Positions 12,534-25,176 are shown, counted from the stretch's first letter. The stretch is DNA of 64,000 nt from Thermoanaerobaculia bacterium (GCA_022824725.1 JAJDZH010000383.1:2563-66562), one strand, 5' to 3'. Notes: generated by a model from the sequence alone, not told the origin. Program-made: numbers and translations.

Positions 12534-12950
12534 GTGCCGGAGGACTGGACGCGGTCGCTGCCGGCGGGGAACCGCCGGGGGAGGAAAGTCCGGACTCCAA
12601 CGGACGGCATGCTTGCTAACGGCAAGGCGCGGTGACGCGACGGAAAGTGCAGCAGAGAGCAGACCGCCGGCCCTGGACCTCGGTGCCGAAAGGAACCCGG
12701 GGAGTCGAGGGCAGGCAAGGGTGAAACGGTGCGGTAAGAGCGCACCGCTCGGCCGGCGACGGTCCGAGGCGATGGCAAACCCCATGTGGAGCAAGACCAA
12801 ATAGGGAGAACGGTTCGGGTTGTCCGTCCCGGTTCCGGCCGTTCGCGGCGCGGGACGTTCTCCGGGTAGGTCGCATAGATGAATGGCCGCCTCCCGAAGC
12901 CCTCGGGCCGTGGGATGAACAGAATCCGGCTTACGAGGTCCTCCGGCACT
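12534..12950 (+). ncRNA. rnpB: RNase P RNA, bacterial type A
   Basis: Conserved blocks GAGGAAAGTCCGGAC (P4 5' strand), AGGGTGAAACGGTGCGGTAAGAGCGCACC and ACAGAATCCGGCTTAC. A perfect 12-bp P1 helix pairs GTGCCGGAGGAC (12534-12545) with GTCCTCCGGCAC (12938-12949). Confidence 0.9.
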
Positions 12951-13885
12951 TGACCTTCCAACCCGGCCAGCGCGTTTCCGCCGCCGAACGTCCCCCCGCG
13001 GCGAAGCCCGGCGACCGGGTGGGGATCGCCGCGCTCTCGGGCCGAATCGACTCGAAGCGGCTGGCCGCCGGCGTTGCCGGCCTGGGGGAACTCGGCTTCG
13101 AGCCGGTTCTGGCAGCGAACCTGCGGCCCGAAGCGTCACTCAGCGGCCGGCAGTTGTTCGCGGGCTCGGACGGAGAGCGCCTGGAGGCCTTCCATGAACT
13201 GGCGGCCGATACCTCGATCGCGGCGATCGTCTTCGCGCGCGGGGGATACGGCGTCACCCGTATCCTGGGGCATGTCGACTGGACGCTGCTTGCCGCCAGG
13301 CCGCGCCCCTACGTCGGCTACTCGGACCTGACGCCCCTGCTCCTGGCGCTGGTCGCGAGGACGGGAACGGTGGCCTTTCATGGCCCCATGGCGATCGACT
13401 TCGCGCGGGGGCTGCTGCCCGAGGAGCGCCGTTCCTTCCTCGACGCGCTAGCGGGCCGCCTTCCGGCGCCCTGGGCGCTGGAAGCGGCTTCAGCGGAACT
13501 GTCGGCCGGCCGACCTCTGGCGATCGAAGGCCGCTTGCTCGGAGGGTGTCTCACGATGTTGGCCGCGTCGGTCGGAACGGGGCTGCTGCCGAGCTTCCGG
13601 GACTCGATCCTCGTCCTCGAGGACATTGACGAGACGGAGTACCGGATCGACCGCCTGCTTACCCAGCTCCGGACGTCCGGCCAGGCGGCAGGCGTTCGCG
13701 CCGTGATCGCCGGCCACTTCACGAACTGCGACGCGCGCGCCAGCCTGTTCGACTTCGCCGACTCCCTCGGCGCGCCGCTGTTCACCGGGTTGCCCGCCGG
13801 CCATGAGGCACCAAACCACACCCTGCCGCTGGGCGCCAGCGCGTCCCTCGACGTCCGCAACGCGACGCTCGAAGTCCAGCGGTAG
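12950..13885 (+). CDS. ldcA: LD-carboxypeptidase (peptidase S66, muramoyltetrapeptide carboxypeptidase)
   Basis: GDRVGIAALSG N-terminal strand, nucleophile motif YVGYSDLTPLL, and C-terminal GLPAGHEAPNHTLPLG. The only canonical start before the conserved GD is TTG at 12950, which directly abuts rnpB. Confidence 0.8.
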   Translation: MTFQPGQRVSAAERPPAAKPGDRVGIAALSGRIDSKRLAAGVAGLGELGFEPVLAANLRPEASLSGRQLFAGSDGERLEAFHELAADTSIAAIVFARGGYGVTRILGHVDWTLLAARPRPYVGYSDLTPLLLALVARTGTVAFHGPMAIDFARGLLPEERRSFLDALAGRLPAPWALEAASAELSAGRPLAIEGRLLGGCLTMLAASVGTGLLPSFRDSILVLEDIDETEYRIDRLLTQLRTSGQAAGVRAVIAGHFTNCDARASLFDFADSLGAPLFTGLPAGHEAPNHTLPLGASASLDVRNATLEVQR

Positions 13886-13899
13886 CTCCGGCGGGGACG

Positions 13900-16004
<2,105 letters not shown>

Positions 16005-16008
<4 letters not shown>

Positions 16009-17204
16009 AGGTGTTGCTGGTCGCCAACGTGCTGCCGCCGAAGGACCTGTCCGGCGCCGGGGAACAGGTGCTGCAACTCGCCTGGGGGCTGGGCCAGGCG
16101 GGTTGCGAAGTCGACATCCTGGGTCGCGATCGTTGTGGGGCGAACATCTCCAAGCCCGCCTTTCCCTGGCGGGCGCGGAGTGCTGTCCGGCGCGTGGTTC
16201 GGGAATGGCGGCCGGACGTCGTGCAGGTGCACGAAAGCGACGGCGGCCTGGTGATCCGCGATCTCGCGCGGCTCGATCGCGCGTCGAGGCCCCTGCTGGT
16301 GGCGCTCCAGCAGGTGAGCTACGTGCGGGAACGCCACGCGGTCCGCCCGCTCGTCGATCACGACCTGGACGCCAGGGTGGTCGCCCGACCGGTTCGGAGC
16401 GAACGGCTGTTCCGCGCGCTCCGCACTCCCCTGCACATCGCGCTCGGCCGGCTGACCGCGAGGCGGTCCGACGTGCGGCTTGCCCCGAGCCGGGCGACCG
16501 CGCGCGAGATCGAGCACGACTATGGCGTCGAGGATGTCCGCGTGGTGCCGAACGTCACCGGCGCGCCGTTGGATGCCCGCGCGGGAGAATCGGTGCCCGC
16601 CGCAGGCCGGGACGAACCGGTTGGCGGCGAACCGTACGTGCTGGCCGTGGGCCGGCTGCGCATACGGAAGGGAATGGAGATCCTGTTGCAGGCGATGGCG
16701 CGGGCGCGCGATGGCGGCCACTGCCCGCGCCTGGTCGTGGCGGGCGACGGCGAGCGCCGGGGAGCGCTCGAGGCGATGTGCGAACGGCTCGGACTGGGCG
16801 CCTGCGTTCACTGGGCGGGACGCTGCTCACGGGCGGAAGCGGCGCGGTTGAGGCGACGGGCGACGGCGCTGATCGTGCCCTCGACCTACGAGGGCATGCC
16901 TCTCGTCGTGCTGGAAGCGATGAGCGACGGCGTCCCCGTCATCGCGTCGGCGGTCAGCGGCATTCCCGAGGTCGTGGTCGATGGGGAGACCGGATGGCTC
17001 GTCCCGCCTGAGCGCTCGGCCGCGCTCGCCGCCGCGCTGATCGAGGCGATGTCCGATCCCGAGGAGGCGCGAGTCCGTGGCGAGGCGGGCCGGCGACGCC
17101 TCGACCGGCGGTTTCGCCCGCACCACGCGGCCCGAGAGTGGTTCGAAGCTGTGGGCTCTGTCGGCCTTCCGGCGCCGGCAGTGTGGGAGAATCCATCCGG
17201 ATGA
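16005..17204 (+). CDS. glycosyltransferase family 4
   Basis: The ATG at 16005 overlaps the recG stop (ATGA). MKVLLVANVLPPKDLSGAGEQV N-terminus and the C-terminal motif EGMPLVVLEAMSDGVPVIAS..GIPEVV..G.TG.LV. Confidence 0.85.
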
Positions 17205-17995
17205 AGCTCCTGGATGGGCACGGCAGCCTGTTGCCGGCGTCGTGGAGGGTTCAGCTCCCTGCCTTCGAGGGCCCTCTCGACCTGCTTCTGCACCTGGTCC
17301 GCATCAACGAGATCGAGATCACGGACATCCCGGTCGCGCTGGTCTGCGACCAGTTCCACGAGTATCTGGCACTGATGGACGAACTCGACCTGGACATAGC
17401 CGCCGAGTACATCTACGAAGCCGCGCTGCTGATTCAGCTCAAGGCCAGGGTGCTGCTGCCGCTACCCGAACCGGAAGCGGGCGAAGCGCCCGACGACCCG
17501 CGACGTGAACTGATCGAACGGCTCCTCGAGTATCAGCGGCTGAAGGAGGCGGCACAGACGCTCGCGGAAGTCGACGACCTCCGCCATGGTCTGTGGACGC
17601 GGAGCGGCACGCCAGCCGCGGTGTCCGGGGACGACGACGAGGAGTTCGACATGGGGGATCTCTCGCTCTTCGACCTCCTTCAGGTCCTCCGCAACGTGCT
17701 GAAGCGCTACGACGAGGAGCATCCGAACCCGCTGACCTACCAGGGCGAGACGTTCAGCGTTCGAGGCCAGATCGAGAGGCTTCTGCGGCGCTTCGACGGC
17801 GGCCGGTCGCTCGACCTCCAGGATGACCTCTTCGCCTTGTCGAGCCGGGCCGAGGCGATCGCCTGCTTCCTGGCGGTGCTCGAGATGGCGAGACTGAACC
17901 TCGTCCGGCTGCACTCAGCCGGGGACAGGTCGGTACTGCTGTTCCGGACGACGCGGCCGCTGGATCCGATCTTGCTTGAGGACTTCACCGGATGA
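17201..17995 (+). CDS. scpA: segregation and condensation protein A
   Basis: ATGA overlap with the upstream gene. FEGPLDLLLHLVRINEIEITDIPVA is the ScpA signature. Confidence 0.9.
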   Translation: MKLLDGHGSLLPASWRVQLPAFEGPLDLLLHLVRINEIEITDIPVALVCDQFHEYLALMDELDLDIAAEYIYEAALLIQLKARVLLPLPEPEAGEAPDDPRRELIERLLEYQRLKEAAQTLAEVDDLRHGLWTRSGTPAAVSGDDDEEFDMGDLSLFDLLQVLRNVLKRYDEEHPNPLTYQGETFSVRGQIERLLRRFDGGRSLDLQDDLFALSSRAEAIACFLAVLEMARLNLVRLHSAGDRSVLLFRTTRPLDPILLEDFTG

Positions 17996-18609
17996 CCGAC
18001 CAGGCAGAGATGACGGCGGTGTTCGAGGCGTTGCTCTTCGCGAGCCCGGATCCGCAACCCGAAGCGAAGCTGCTCGAGGTCTTCCCCGAGAACTCCCGGG
18101 AGCAGGCGCGCGAAGCTCTTCAGACCGTCCTGGCGCGCTACCGCGCCGGTGAGTCCGGCGCGCAGCCTGACCGCGGAGTCGTCGTCGATCACGCCGGCGG
18201 CGGCTACCGGCTCGTGACGCGCCCGGACCTCCATGCCTATCTGCGGAAGTACTTCGAGGTCGCCGGCCGTAGCAAGCTCTCGATGGCCGCGGTGGAAACC
18301 CTGGCGATCGTCGCCTACCGTCAACCGGTGACCAGCCCCGAGATCCAGGACCTCCGGGGCCGGAACTCCGCCGGTGTCCTCAAGACACTGCTCGAGCGGC
18401 GGTTGATCCGTATCGCCGGCCGCAAGGAGGTCGTGGGCAGTCCGTTTCTCTACGCCACGACGCGCGACTTCCTGCTTCACTTCGGCCTGCGCTCGCTGTC
18501 GGAACTGCCGCCGCTCGAAGAGTTCGAGGAGACCTTCCTGGCGGCGGCGGAGGAAGAGGTCCCTCAGTCCGAGCTCACCCTGGCGCCGGTGGACTCAGGA
18601 GATGGCTGA
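17992..18609 (+). CDS. scpB: segregation and condensation protein B
   Basis: ATGA overlap with scpA. FEALLFAS..P, LS.AA.ETLAIVAYRQPVT..EI..LRG and GRKEVVGSPFLYATT are ScpB motifs. Confidence 0.9.
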   Translation: MTDQAEMTAVFEALLFASPDPQPEAKLLEVFPENSREQAREALQTVLARYRAGESGAQPDRGVVVDHAGGGYRLVTRPDLHAYLRKYFEVAGRSKLSMAAVETLAIVAYRQPVTSPEIQDLRGRNSAGVLKTLLERRLIRIAGRKEVVGSPFLYATTRDFLLHFGLRSLSELPPLEEFEETFLAAAEEEVPQSELTLAPVDSGDG

Positions 18610-19417
18610 GCAGCGGCGGGGCGAACGGCTCCAGAAGGTCCTCTCCCGAGCGGGTGTCGCGTCCCGCCGGGGAGCGGAGGATCTCATTCGGGAAGGACGG
18701 GTCACGATCGACGGCCGCGTGGCGGTGCTCGGCGACCGGGTTGCCTCGGCAGGAGAGCCTCCGGTCGCTGTACTCGTCGACGGTGAGCCGATCCGTCGGC
18801 ACGCCGCCTCGCGATACGTCCTGCTGAACAAGCCGTCCGGCTACGTGACGACGCGGTCGGACCCCGAGGGTCGGCCCACGGTGATGGATCTCATTCCTGA
18901 CAGGTGGCGCCGGCGGCTGAAGCCCGTCGGACGGCTCGACTACGCCACGGAGGGCCTGCTGCTGATAACCGATGACGGCGATCTGGCGTACCGCCTGACC
19001 CACCCTCGTTTCGGCTGTTCGAAACGGTACCTCGCCAAGGTCCGGGGTCTTCCGGCGGACTCGGCGATCGCGCGCCTTCGGGGCCGCATGGTGATCGCGG
19101 GCCGCCGGACCGCACCGGTGAGACTGACCCGGGCGCCGACCCGGCGCGGCGCCCGCCCGGCCCGTGCCTCGAGTTGGTGGGAGATCGAGTTGGTCGAGGG
19201 GAGGACGCGGCAGATCCGCGAGATGTTCTTCCGTGTCGGGCATCCGGTGCAGCGGCTGCGTCGCGTGGCAATCGGCCGCCTTGAGGACGCGGAGCTTCCG
19301 CTCGGGTCCTGGCGGGAGCTTTCGGCCGATGAGGTCGCCGCTCTCCGCGGAGGTTCAGGGCCGGGGCCGGGGAAAGGCCATCGCGGCCCGCGCCGGCGGA
19401 AACCGCGTCGCCGATGA
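18602..19417 (+). CDS. rluB: 23S rRNA pseudouridine synthase, RsuA/RluB family
   Basis: N-terminal S4 domain (RLQKVLSRAGVASRRGAEDLIREGRVTIDG), catalytic GRLDYATEGLLLITDDG, and an Arg-rich tail. It overlaps scpB by 8 nt. Confidence 0.88.
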   Translation: MAEQRRGERLQKVLSRAGVASRRGAEDLIREGRVTIDGRVAVLGDRVASAGEPPVAVLVDGEPIRRHAASRYVLLNKPSGYVTTRSDPEGRPTVMDLIPDRWRRRLKPVGRLDYATEGLLLITDDGDLAYRLTHPRFGCSKRYLAKVRGLPADSAIARLRGRMVIAGRRTAPVRLTRAPTRRGARPARASSWWEIELVEGRTRQIREMFFRVGHPVQRLRRVAIGRLEDAELPLGSWRELSADEVAALRGGSGPGPGKGHRGPRRRKPRRR

Positions 19418-20085
19418 CTGTCGTCGTGGCGATCGACGGTCCCGCCGGTGTCGGCAAGAGCACCGTAGCGCGCCGGGTGGCGGCGCAACTCGGCGTGCCC
19501 TACCTCGATACCGGCTCCATGTATCGGGCCGTCGCGTGGAAGGCCCTGGAGGAAGATCTCGATCCGGCCGACGGGCTGACAATGAGCAGGCTGATCGCGC
19601 GGCTGAACTTCGAGTTGCGCCCGCGGAAGGACGAAGCCGAAGTGGTCGTGGACGGAGCAGCGCCGGGCGTCCGGCTCCGAACCCCGCGGGTCGACGCGGC
19701 GACCTCGCGGGTTGCCGTCCACCCGGCGGTTCGTTCCTGGCTCGTTGCGAAGCAGCGCGAGTTCGCCGCCAGGGAGGGCGCGGTGGTGGAGGGAAGGGAC
19801 ATCGGCACGGTCGTCTTTCCGGAAACTCCGCACAAGTTCTATCTGGATGCTCCGCTCGAGATCCGGGCCGAGCGCCGGTTGCGCCAGCTCGCTGGTCGCG
19901 AATGCGGCGACCGCGGCCGGTTGCTGAGGGAGATGCGTGCCCGGGACGAACGCGACATCCACCGTAGCGCCTCGCCGCTGAGGCGTGATGAAACCTACGA
20001 GTTGATCGACACCTCGGCTGGCGACGCGGAGCAGGTTGCTGCCCGGATCCTCCGGTCCGTACGGGCGGCAGCGACGGAACCATGA
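19414..20085 (+). CDS. cmk: cytidylate kinase
   Basis: VVAIDGPAGVGKSTVARRVA...YLDTGSMYRAV is the Cmk signature. ATGA overlap with rluB. Confidence 0.93.
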   Translation: MTVVVAIDGPAGVGKSTVARRVAAQLGVPYLDTGSMYRAVAWKALEEDLDPADGLTMSRLIARLNFELRPRKDEAEVVVDGAAPGVRLRTPRVDAATSRVAVHPAVRSWLVAKQREFAAREGAVVEGRDIGTVVFPETPHKFYLDAPLEIRAERRLRQLAGRECGDRGRLLREMRARDERDIHRSASPLRRDETYELIDTSAGDAEQVAARILRSVRAAATEP

Positions 20086-23000
20086 CTGCCCCGGGGGGCC
20101 GGCGCGGCGGAAGGTCGGCTGAGCTGCGCATCATCCTCGGCCTGCTCGTCCTGTCCGCTGTCCTGTTCGCGGTCGATCGCTGGTCGCGGAGCAGCGACGG
20201 TCCGCCGCTGCCGACGCGCGCTCAGACGGCCGCGATGGAAGCCGCCTACCGCAACCTGCTGCTGGACCTGCTGGAGGACGCGGAACGGGCCGCCGAGAGT
20301 GTCCGAAGCACCGTAGCCGTGCCTCTCGGCTCGGCGCAGGCGGTGCAGAGCGTATTCGAGGAGTTGGACCGGACCGGTCGCTCGGGCGGACGCACGCTGG
20401 TTCTGGTCGATCCCGATGACCTGGCGCAGGCCTGGGGCGGTCCGGGACTTCGTCACGATCTGCCCCTGGATCGCCTTCTGCCTGGAGGCATCAGCCAGAC
20501 CGCCGGCTTCACCGCGGTCTCGTTCTATGCGGCCGTCGACATGAGCGCGAGGGAGGGCGGCTGGCGGTTGATCGTTGGCAACAGCTTCCCGACCGACTCG
20601 CTGCCGTTCCCTGCGCCCTTCGGACTCAGGCGCCACGGCATCAGATGGTCGGTTCGGGATCATTCCGCGGAACCTCTGACGCCCGCTCTCGAGGCACTCG
20701 GCATTCTCGAGCTGGCTCCGCCCGATGGGGTTCCCGGACCCTGGCTGCGCCTCCGCTTCGAGCCTTCAGCCGGACAGTCCCCGACCATCGTGGCTTCGCT
20801 CGCCCTGGTCGCCCTGGCTCTCGGGGTCAGTCTCTCGATGGTCTGGCTCTTCCGGCGCTGGAGGGCCCGAGCAGCCGCGAGCCCTCGCCCCGCGGCTGCG
20901 GCCCTCGGCCTGGCCGGAGTCGCGGCGGCAGTGGGCTACGGTCTCTTCCGGTGGCGGATCTGGGTGACCCATGCGACCGGTACGCCGCCGGATCCGGGGA
21001 CTTCCTTCGGAGGTCCGGTCGGCGACTGGGTCGTGTTGATGGTGGCCTGGTCAGTCCTCGCGGGGATCCTGTTCTGGGCGTTCGGCTGGTCGGAGCGTCG
21101 GGACTGGATGCATGTTCTGTTGATCGCTGCCGCGGCGGCCGCGGGCGTGGGTCTGCTGGCCGAAGCGACCCACCGGCCGGCATTGCGGGCGCTGCTCTCG
21201 GAGGACCTCCGAGGGGGCTTCGACGGTCCGCATCCGCAGGAGGTCGCGTCGCTGGCGGAGAGCACGAGCGTCTTCCTGGCGACGATCGACCTGAGACGGT
21301 TGGCCCTGGGCGATCCACGCGAACTCGACGATCACCAGGACCTGGCCCTGGAACTCTGGAGCCGGTCGCCCCTGGCCGCTTCCGAGATGGTCTCCGCGCT
21401 CGCCGTGATCCGGGAGGGCGGCACATCTCTGTTTTCCTATGGCCTGCCGCTCGATCCGGAGACGGGCAGCCTGGACACCGCCAGCGCGCGCTGGCCATCG
21501 GGTGACCTCCCGATCTGGCAGCAGCAGCGAAGCGCTTCGGATGAGTTCTCGCTGGACTCCGCGGGACAGGATTGGGGGACGGTTCGTTTCTGGACGATGG
21601 CATTGCCGAAAGCCGAGGTCTGGAGCGGCGCCACGGAGGGCGCCGGCGCCGAGCTGCAGGTACGCCTGCTGCGGGGCGGTCCGGACCGAAGTCGAAGCGG
21701 CTCGGTTCGGTCGGCGAATGCGGAACTTGCCTATGTCGACGGCGCCGGCCGTCCCCTGGTCTCGCCGTGGCAGGAAGACTGGCTCTTGCCGCCGCCGTCC
21801 GAGGCCGTGGATCCGCGCCGGATCCTGAAGGTCCAGACCCCCGCGGGACCGGCCCTGGCCTGGTTCAGCCCGACGGATCTGCCGGGCCTCTGGATCGTCG
21901 CGCTGCTACCGGAGGAGGCAGTGGCGGAGCGTCTCTGGCGGATCGCCACGGTGGCAACGCGGCTCGTGCTGGCGGTGTCCGCGGTTGCCTTCGCCGTTCT
22001 CCTGATCAGCCTGCCGACGGCGAAGCTGCGGAGACGCCTGCTACCCGACATCCGGCGCTACTCCGTGCGGCTCACGGCGGTGCTGGCCCTGATCGCCATC
22101 GTGCCGCTGACGCTGCTCAATGGTCTGCTCTTCCGGAATCTGGCGGCGCGGGTTCAGGCAGAGCAGGAGGCCGCGGGCCGTACCGCTCTCGTGTCGCTCG
22201 AGTATGTTCTGACGGACTTTCTGCTCGGGCTGGAAGCAGGCTTCTCGATTGACGCCCAGTTGGACGACGAGCTTCTGTCCTGGCTCGCGGAGGTCGTGGG
22301 CCACGAAGTGAACCTGTACTGGCGGGGCAGCGTCTACGCGTCCAGCAAGCCGGATCTCTTCACCGCCGGCCTCATGCCGGAACGGATTCCGGGGAACGTC
22401 TACAGCCGGTTGGCCCTGCTTGGCCATCCGACGGCCGCGCGGGTACAAACCACGCGGCAGGGCACGTCGTACCTGGAGCTGTACACGCCGGTGTCACTGG
22501 GAGAAGTGCGCCCGGGAGAGTCGGGGCTGTTCGTGTCCGTTCCGCTGCTGGCGCAACAGGAGGCGGCTACGCGAGAACTCGCCGCCCTCAGGCGGCAGGC
22601 CCTGGTCGTCACAACCGCCCTCGTGCTGCTGCTGGTCACCGTCGGCGCGCGGCTGGCGCGAGGATTCACCCGTCCGCTGGTGCGAATGATCGACGGCGCC
22701 GACCGCATTGCCGGCGGAGCGGCCTCGTTGGGCTTCGCACCGCGGGAAACGGAGCTCAGGACGCTTGCCGAGGCGATCGACGGCATGGCGGCTCGCATCG
22801 CGTCGGCGCGGGCCGATCTGGTCCGCGCGCAACGACTCGAGGCCTGGGCCGAGATGGCGCGGTTGATCGCGCACGAAGTGAAGAATCCGCTGACACCGAT
22901 CCGGCTCTCGACCGAACACCTGCGACAGGTGTGGCGGGATGCCCCGGATCGCCTGGAGGAGGTATTCGACCGGTGTACCGGGAATATCCTGAGCCAGGTG

Positions 23001-23546
23001 GAAGAGCTGGCGCGGACTGCGGGCGAGTTCTCGACCTACAGCAGGATCCCGCTCGCCCGACCGGCGTCCGACGATCTGGCGGAAGCGGCTCGGGAAGTCG
23101 TAGAGGGGTACGGAAGCACGGCACATGGGGCAGTGGCCGTCCTCTTCGAGTCGGAGCCTGGAGCGGCGGATGCCGCCCTCGCGTTCGACCGGCGCCTGAT
23201 GCAGAGAGCGCTGCGCAACCTGATCGAGAACGCCCTCCGGGCCAGCACCAGGGATGGCGAGGTGCTCGTGAGAATCGAGCCCGGTGGTCCGGACGGCGCA
23301 GTCGCCCTGACCGTCTCGGATCGGGGCCCTGGCGTCTCGGACAGCGATCTGGAGCGGATCTTCGAGCCCTACTTCTCGACCTCGAGCGGAGGCACCGGTC
23401 TGGGGCTTCCGATCGCCCGCCGGATCGTCCAGGAGCATGGCGGATCGATCACCGCGGCCGCCAGGCCTGGCGGAGGACTCTCGGTTCGCATCGTCCTTCC
23501 GGGTGATCAGTCGGACGAATCGTCGTCCGCCGCGGCCTCCAACTGA
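20082..23546 (+). CDS. large multi-pass membrane sensor histidine kinase (NtrY-like C-terminal module)
   Basis: 1154 aa. Several TM segments and two predicted extracytoplasmic regions, a HAMP-like segment, H-box AHEVKNPLTPIRLS, and an ATPase domain (DRGPGV, GGTGLGLPIARRIV). ATGA overlap with cmk. No response regulator is adjacent. Confidence 0.85.
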   Translation: MTAPGGRRGGRSAELRIILGLLVLSAVLFAVDRWSRSSDGPPLPTRAQTAAMEAAYRNLLLDLLEDAERAAESVRSTVAVPLGSAQAVQSVFEELDRTGRSGGRTLVLVDPDDLAQAWGGPGLRHDLPLDRLLPGGISQTAGFTAVSFYAAVDMSAREGGWRLIVGNSFPTDSLPFPAPFGLRRHGIRWSVRDHSAEPLTPALEALGILELAPPDGVPGPWLRLRFEPSAGQSPTIVASLALVALALGVSLSMVWLFRRWRARAAASPRPAAAALGLAGVAAAVGYGLFRWRIWVTHATGTPPDPGTSFGGPVGDWVVLMVAWSVLAGILFWAFGWSERRDWMHVLLIAAAAAAGVGLLAEATHRPALRALLSEDLRGGFDGPHPQEVASLAESTSVFLATIDLRRLALGDPRELDDHQDLALELWSRSPLAASEMVSALAVIREGGTSLFSYGLPLDPETGSLDTASARWPSGDLPIWQQQRSASDEFSLDSAGQDWGTVRFWTMALPKAEVWSGATEGAGAELQVRLLRGGPDRSRSGSVRSANAELAYVDGAGRPLVSPWQEDWLLPPPSEAVDPRRILKVQTPAGPALAWFSPTDLPGLWIVALLPEEAVAERLWRIATVATRLVLAVSAVAFAVLLISLPTAKLRRRLLPDIRRYSVRLTAVLALIAIVPLTLLNGLLFRNLAARVQAEQEAAGRTALVSLEYVLTDFLLGLEAGFSIDAQLDDELLSWLAEVVGHEVNLYWRGSVYASSKPDLFTAGLMPERIPGNVYSRLALLGHPTAARVQTTRQGTSYLELYTPVSLGEVRPGESGLFVSVPLLAQQEAATRELAALRRQALVVTTALVLLLVTVGARLARGFTRPLVRMIDGADRIAGGAASLGFAPRETELRTLAEAIDGMAARIASARADLVRAQRLEAWAEMARLIAHEVKNPLTPIRLSTEHLRQVWRDAPDRLEEVFDRCTGNILSQVEELARTAGEFSTYSRIPLARPASDDLAEAAREVVEGYGSTAHGAVAVLFESEPGAADAALAFDRRLMQRALRNLIENALRASTRDGEVLVRIEPGGPDGAVALTVSDRGPGVSDSDLERIFEPYFSTSSGGTGLGLPIARRIVQEHGGSITAAARPGGGLSVRIVLPGDQSDESSSAAASN

Positions 23547-25096
23547 ATCGTCCGCGTGGGGAAGGCGATGCGCACCCCGAGCCGGTCTGCGAGGCGGAGA
23601 ATGTCCAGGCCCAGGTCGTGGCGGAGCCGCAACTCCGTACTCCAGTCCGGGGCCAGGAAGAAGACGTAGAGCATGATCTCCAGGCCGTCGGTGCCGAACT
23701 CGTTCAGGTGAATCTCGAAGGCGTCCTGGCGCATCGAGTCGTTGGCGCGGACGATCTGCCGCAGGCCCTCGCAGAAGGCGTCGACGGTTTCCGGCGGCGT
23801 GTCGTACGTGATGCTGATGCGCGTGCTCCACCGGCGGAACGCCCGAGCGCCGTAGTTGTCGACCGAGGCGTCGATCAACCTTGCGTTGGGGAGGGTGATC
23901 AGGGAAGCGTAGAAGGTCCGGACGCGGGTGCTGCGGAAGCCGATCTCCTCCACCACACCTTCGACGTCACCGACCTTGACCCAATCGCCGATGCGAAACG
24001 GCCGGTCGAGCAGGACGGTGACCGAACCGAACAGGTTCTTGAGCAGATCCTGCGCTGCGAGGGCCACCGCGAGGCCACTCAATCCCAGGCCGGCGAGCAG
24101 CGCCGTCACGTCCCGCCCCTGCTGGGCGAGCAGGAAGACGATGCCGAAGACGGCGACCGCCACCTTCAGCGTCTTGGTGACGAACGGGACCAACTGGTCC
24201 TGGAAGCGATTCTCGGCTCTGGCGGCGCGGGCTCGAAGCGCCGTTCCGAGGAGATCGATCTGGGCGAATGCCACCCGGCCGAGCGCCAGCAGGAACAGCA
24301 CGAGAACGACCACGTCCAGCCAGGCATGGATCCGGGGCGGCAGGCCGAGCCACTGGAGGCCCAGCCACCACACTCCGGCCATGACCAACAGTCCGGTTGG
24401 GCGCAGGACGCGACGTGCACCCTGGAGGTCGAGGGATTCGTAGCGCCTGTTCAGCGGCCCGCCGAACAGTCCACAGGCGATCCAGACGACGATCCGGTCG
24501 ATCAGCAGGCCCACCAGAACGAGGATCGGCAGCGCCAGCCACTGCCAGGGGTGGAGAACGAAGCCACCGGTCCGCAGATAGGAGGGAACGCGATCCCGGA
24601 GCCAGGTCGCCGCCGTGACCGGCGCTTCCTCGACCCCTTCGACCACGGAGCGCTCCCGCAACTCCTCGTACAACGTCGAGATGGACGCCACCGTCCCGCG
24701 CGTGAACAGCCAGTTCCCGTTCTCGTCCGGCGCCAGCACGATCGGCGCGGACAGGTCGTCGTTGAAGACCCACCGCTCCAGGTCGCCGGCGCCGGGTATG
24801 GCAGCGAGGTCCACGAACTCGAGCCGGTCGATCACGTGCTTCAGCTCACTGGCCAGGTTCCTTCCCTGCCGCGCCCGCACCGGGAACGGGAGATCCCCCA
24901 GATCGAGGCAGCCGGCCGCGGTCTCCAGATCGGGACGACCGTCGTCGGTCGCGAAGGCCTCGAGGAAGACGCGCATCGTTTCCCGTGGACTCGACAACGA
25001 CTGGTCGGCCGCCGGCTGGGCAAAGGCGAACCAGGCCGCGGCGAGGAGCGCACCGCTGGCGAGAAGACTGACCCTTCGCAGGACGGGAGAGGTCAT
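23507..25096 (-). CDS. mechanosensitive ion channel (MscS family)
   Basis: MscS core GDWVKVGDVEGVVEEIGFRSTRVRTFYASLITLPN. The likely start is the ATG at 25096 (MTSPVLRRVSLLASGALLAAAWFAFA, signal-like). The track ORF extends to 25189. The 3' end overlaps the kinase gene by 40 nt. Confidence 0.85.
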   Translation of the reverse strand: MTSPVLRRVSLLASGALLAAAWFAFAQPAADQSLSSPRETMRVFLEAFATDDGRPDLETAAGCLDLGDLPFPVRARQGRNLASELKHVIDRLEFVDLAAIPGAGDLERWVFNDDLSAPIVLAPDENGNWLFTRGTVASISTLYEELRERSVVEGVEEAPVTAATWLRDRVPSYLRTGGFVLHPWQWLALPILVLVGLLIDRIVVWIACGLFGGPLNRRYESLDLQGARRVLRPTGLLVMAGVWWLGLQWLGLPPRIHAWLDVVVLVLFLLALGRVAFAQIDLLGTALRARAARAENRFQDQLVPFVTKTLKVAVAVFGIVFLLAQQGRDVTALLAGLGLSGLAVALAAQDLLKNLFGSVTVLLDRPFRIGDWVKVGDVEGVVEEIGFRSTRVRTFYASLITLPNARLIDASVDNYGARAFRRWSTRISITYDTPPETVDAFCEGLRQIVRANDSMRQDAFEIHLNEFGTDGLEIMLYVFFLAPDWSTELRLRHDLGLDILRLADRLGVRIAFPTRTIQLEAAADDDSSD

Positions 25097-25176
25097 GGCG
25101 GCGACACTCTTCCAACCACCGCCGGAACCGTCAAGCGCGGCCCGGCGCCACGGGCTGCTAGCGTGGCCGTCGGCGC

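Noticed and set aside
10500-13139. An 879-aa minus-strand ORF that spans uvrC, the RNase P RNA and the ldcA start.
   Set aside because: It is Arg/Pro/Gly/Ala-rich noise. It runs straight through a structural RNA gene and is antisense to a well-supported uvrC.
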